Source of the DNA: Saccostrea cucullata | Taxonomy: Eukaryota | Assembly: GCF_032062105.1 (NCBI RefSeq) | Contig: NW_026938238.1 | Coordinates: forward strand, 1-64,000 | Direction: 5' to 3' | Length of the DNA: 64,000 nt | In this document: positions 62,788-64,000 of the stretch, one piece after another | How the letters are laid out: every line of letters begins with the position of its first letter | Numbering within the stretch: the stretch's first letter is position 1 | Made by a program: the position numbers and the translations under genes | Notes under the pieces: model-generated | The model's input: only the letters and a program-made list of their open reading frames with translations | What the model was told of the DNA's origin: nothing | Database searches by the model: none

Positions 62788-63197
62788 TAAAATAATAATT
62801 GTATCCATTGTCCTAGATTATTACATGTATGGATGATCTCTTTCCGGAGAATCTGATGTTGAATTTTATGCCTATTTTTAGTAATTATAGAATACTCTAT
62901 GGGTGGCTACTATACTATTTCATGACAATTTCTTATTTAAGAAGTTATTTTTAAATTTTGTATCTTGATTACTATTTTTTATTTGACAGTTATTAGGGAT
63001 TGTAAGGTTTCGTTACTATTTGATCAAAATAATCTGATAGACTTTATTTTACAGAATGAAGCGTCCTTGATCATGACCTCTTTACCACGATAAGTGTCCA
63101 GAAGCTCAGGTCCAGTGATTTTTGCGGACTTTTGGGGTCTGAGTCAGTGGGATATAATTGGCATTTATAGACCATCAATGCTGATTTATATTGGATT

Positions 63198-63808
63198 ATG
63201 TCACATATCTTTTACGGATTTGTCAATGGTAAACATGCTTTTGGAAATGATCAACTGAATAACTGAATTTGAAATGTGTGACTTACAATCAAACAAGAAA
63301 AACAAAGTGGCAGGTCTAATGGATTTAACATCATTAACAATGCCAGAACTTATAATTTAGTCACCTACATTTATATTCTGAAACCAAATTTCTTACAAAA
63401 ACTTATAGGATCAACATAACCAAGATCCAATATCAGTGGTTTTTAGAGGTACATCAATACCCATGATCCTGCTTGTATAGAGATACGATTATAGAAAGGG
63501 AAGGCTTTATACAAAAATTGTAAAATTAATAATTTTCGCTAATTTTAGCAATAAATATGTGACAAAACGATTCATTATTCTCAATATTTTTTCTCTATGA
63601 TATAGCAGTACTGATATGCTTGCTATCTATCATCGAATACAACCATCGAATACAACAGGGATATGTGTTTTGCCATGAAGTGTTTTCCTATAAACGTCAC
63701 AAAAGCGCAGTGTTGGTTGTCACGGCGTGTGATCCGGATTTAACGCTGGTCAGAGGCTTGATCACTGTATTGCAAGACTCTGCAGGGGATAGTACACACT
63801 GCATACAG
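63198..63808 (+). CDS. Possible first two coding exons of an unidentified gene that runs off the window
   Basis: Candidate exon 63055-63228 (ttttacag acceptor, gtaaac donor, ATG at 63198) joins in phase to 63606-63808 (tatag acceptor, gtgag donor, open frame). Product MSHIFYGFVNAVLICLLSIIEYNHRIQ... No recognisable domain. Confidence 0.35.
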
Positions 63809-64000
63809 GTGAGAACAAATCAGGAAAAAATATTTTTAAAAATCTACCTGTCATAGCAAGGGACTTAATTAATTTTACCTTCAAATATCTAAATTGGACA
63901 AAATATAAATCATTAAGATTTTTCTTTTAAACAACAAATTCTGTAAAATTATTTGATGTACAGTATAATACGCTTATGACAAACATAATTAATTGATGCT

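Overview
This is AT-rich, intron-containing animal genomic DNA. The repeat repertoire (tRNA-headed SINEs with (CAAT)n tails, pearl/CvA-type Helentron-derived elements with 156-167 bp core repeats) suggests a bivalve, probably an oyster; that is inference. Five host genes could be rebuilt by hand from GT-AG junctions. They are two tandem, apparently intact 12-exon CYP4-clan cytochrome P450 paralogues (minus strand), an intronless mitochondrial ribosomal protein L12 gene head-to-head with a 16-exon pescadillo (PES1) gene, and a 5-exon cytosolic sulfotransferase. A sixth gene may start at the right edge. Introns and intergenic DNA hold nested mobile elements: Tc1/mariner, TTAA-flanked, MULE-like, hAT, Kolobok-like, CR1/L2-group and RTE LINEs, a HERO-like relic, Penelope-like fragments and SINEs. 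I find no convincing new multi-gene system. The most unusual local structure is a ~0.95 kb minisatellite built from about 18 copies of the sulfotransferase exon-4 end plus its 5' splice donor. Other points of interest are the MRPL12/PES1 bidirectional promoter, an apparently missing PES1 linker exon, a TTAA element with about 10 copies of a 14-bp motif, and two SINEs inserted at the same 12-bp site. All coordinates were counted by hand and may be off by a few bases.
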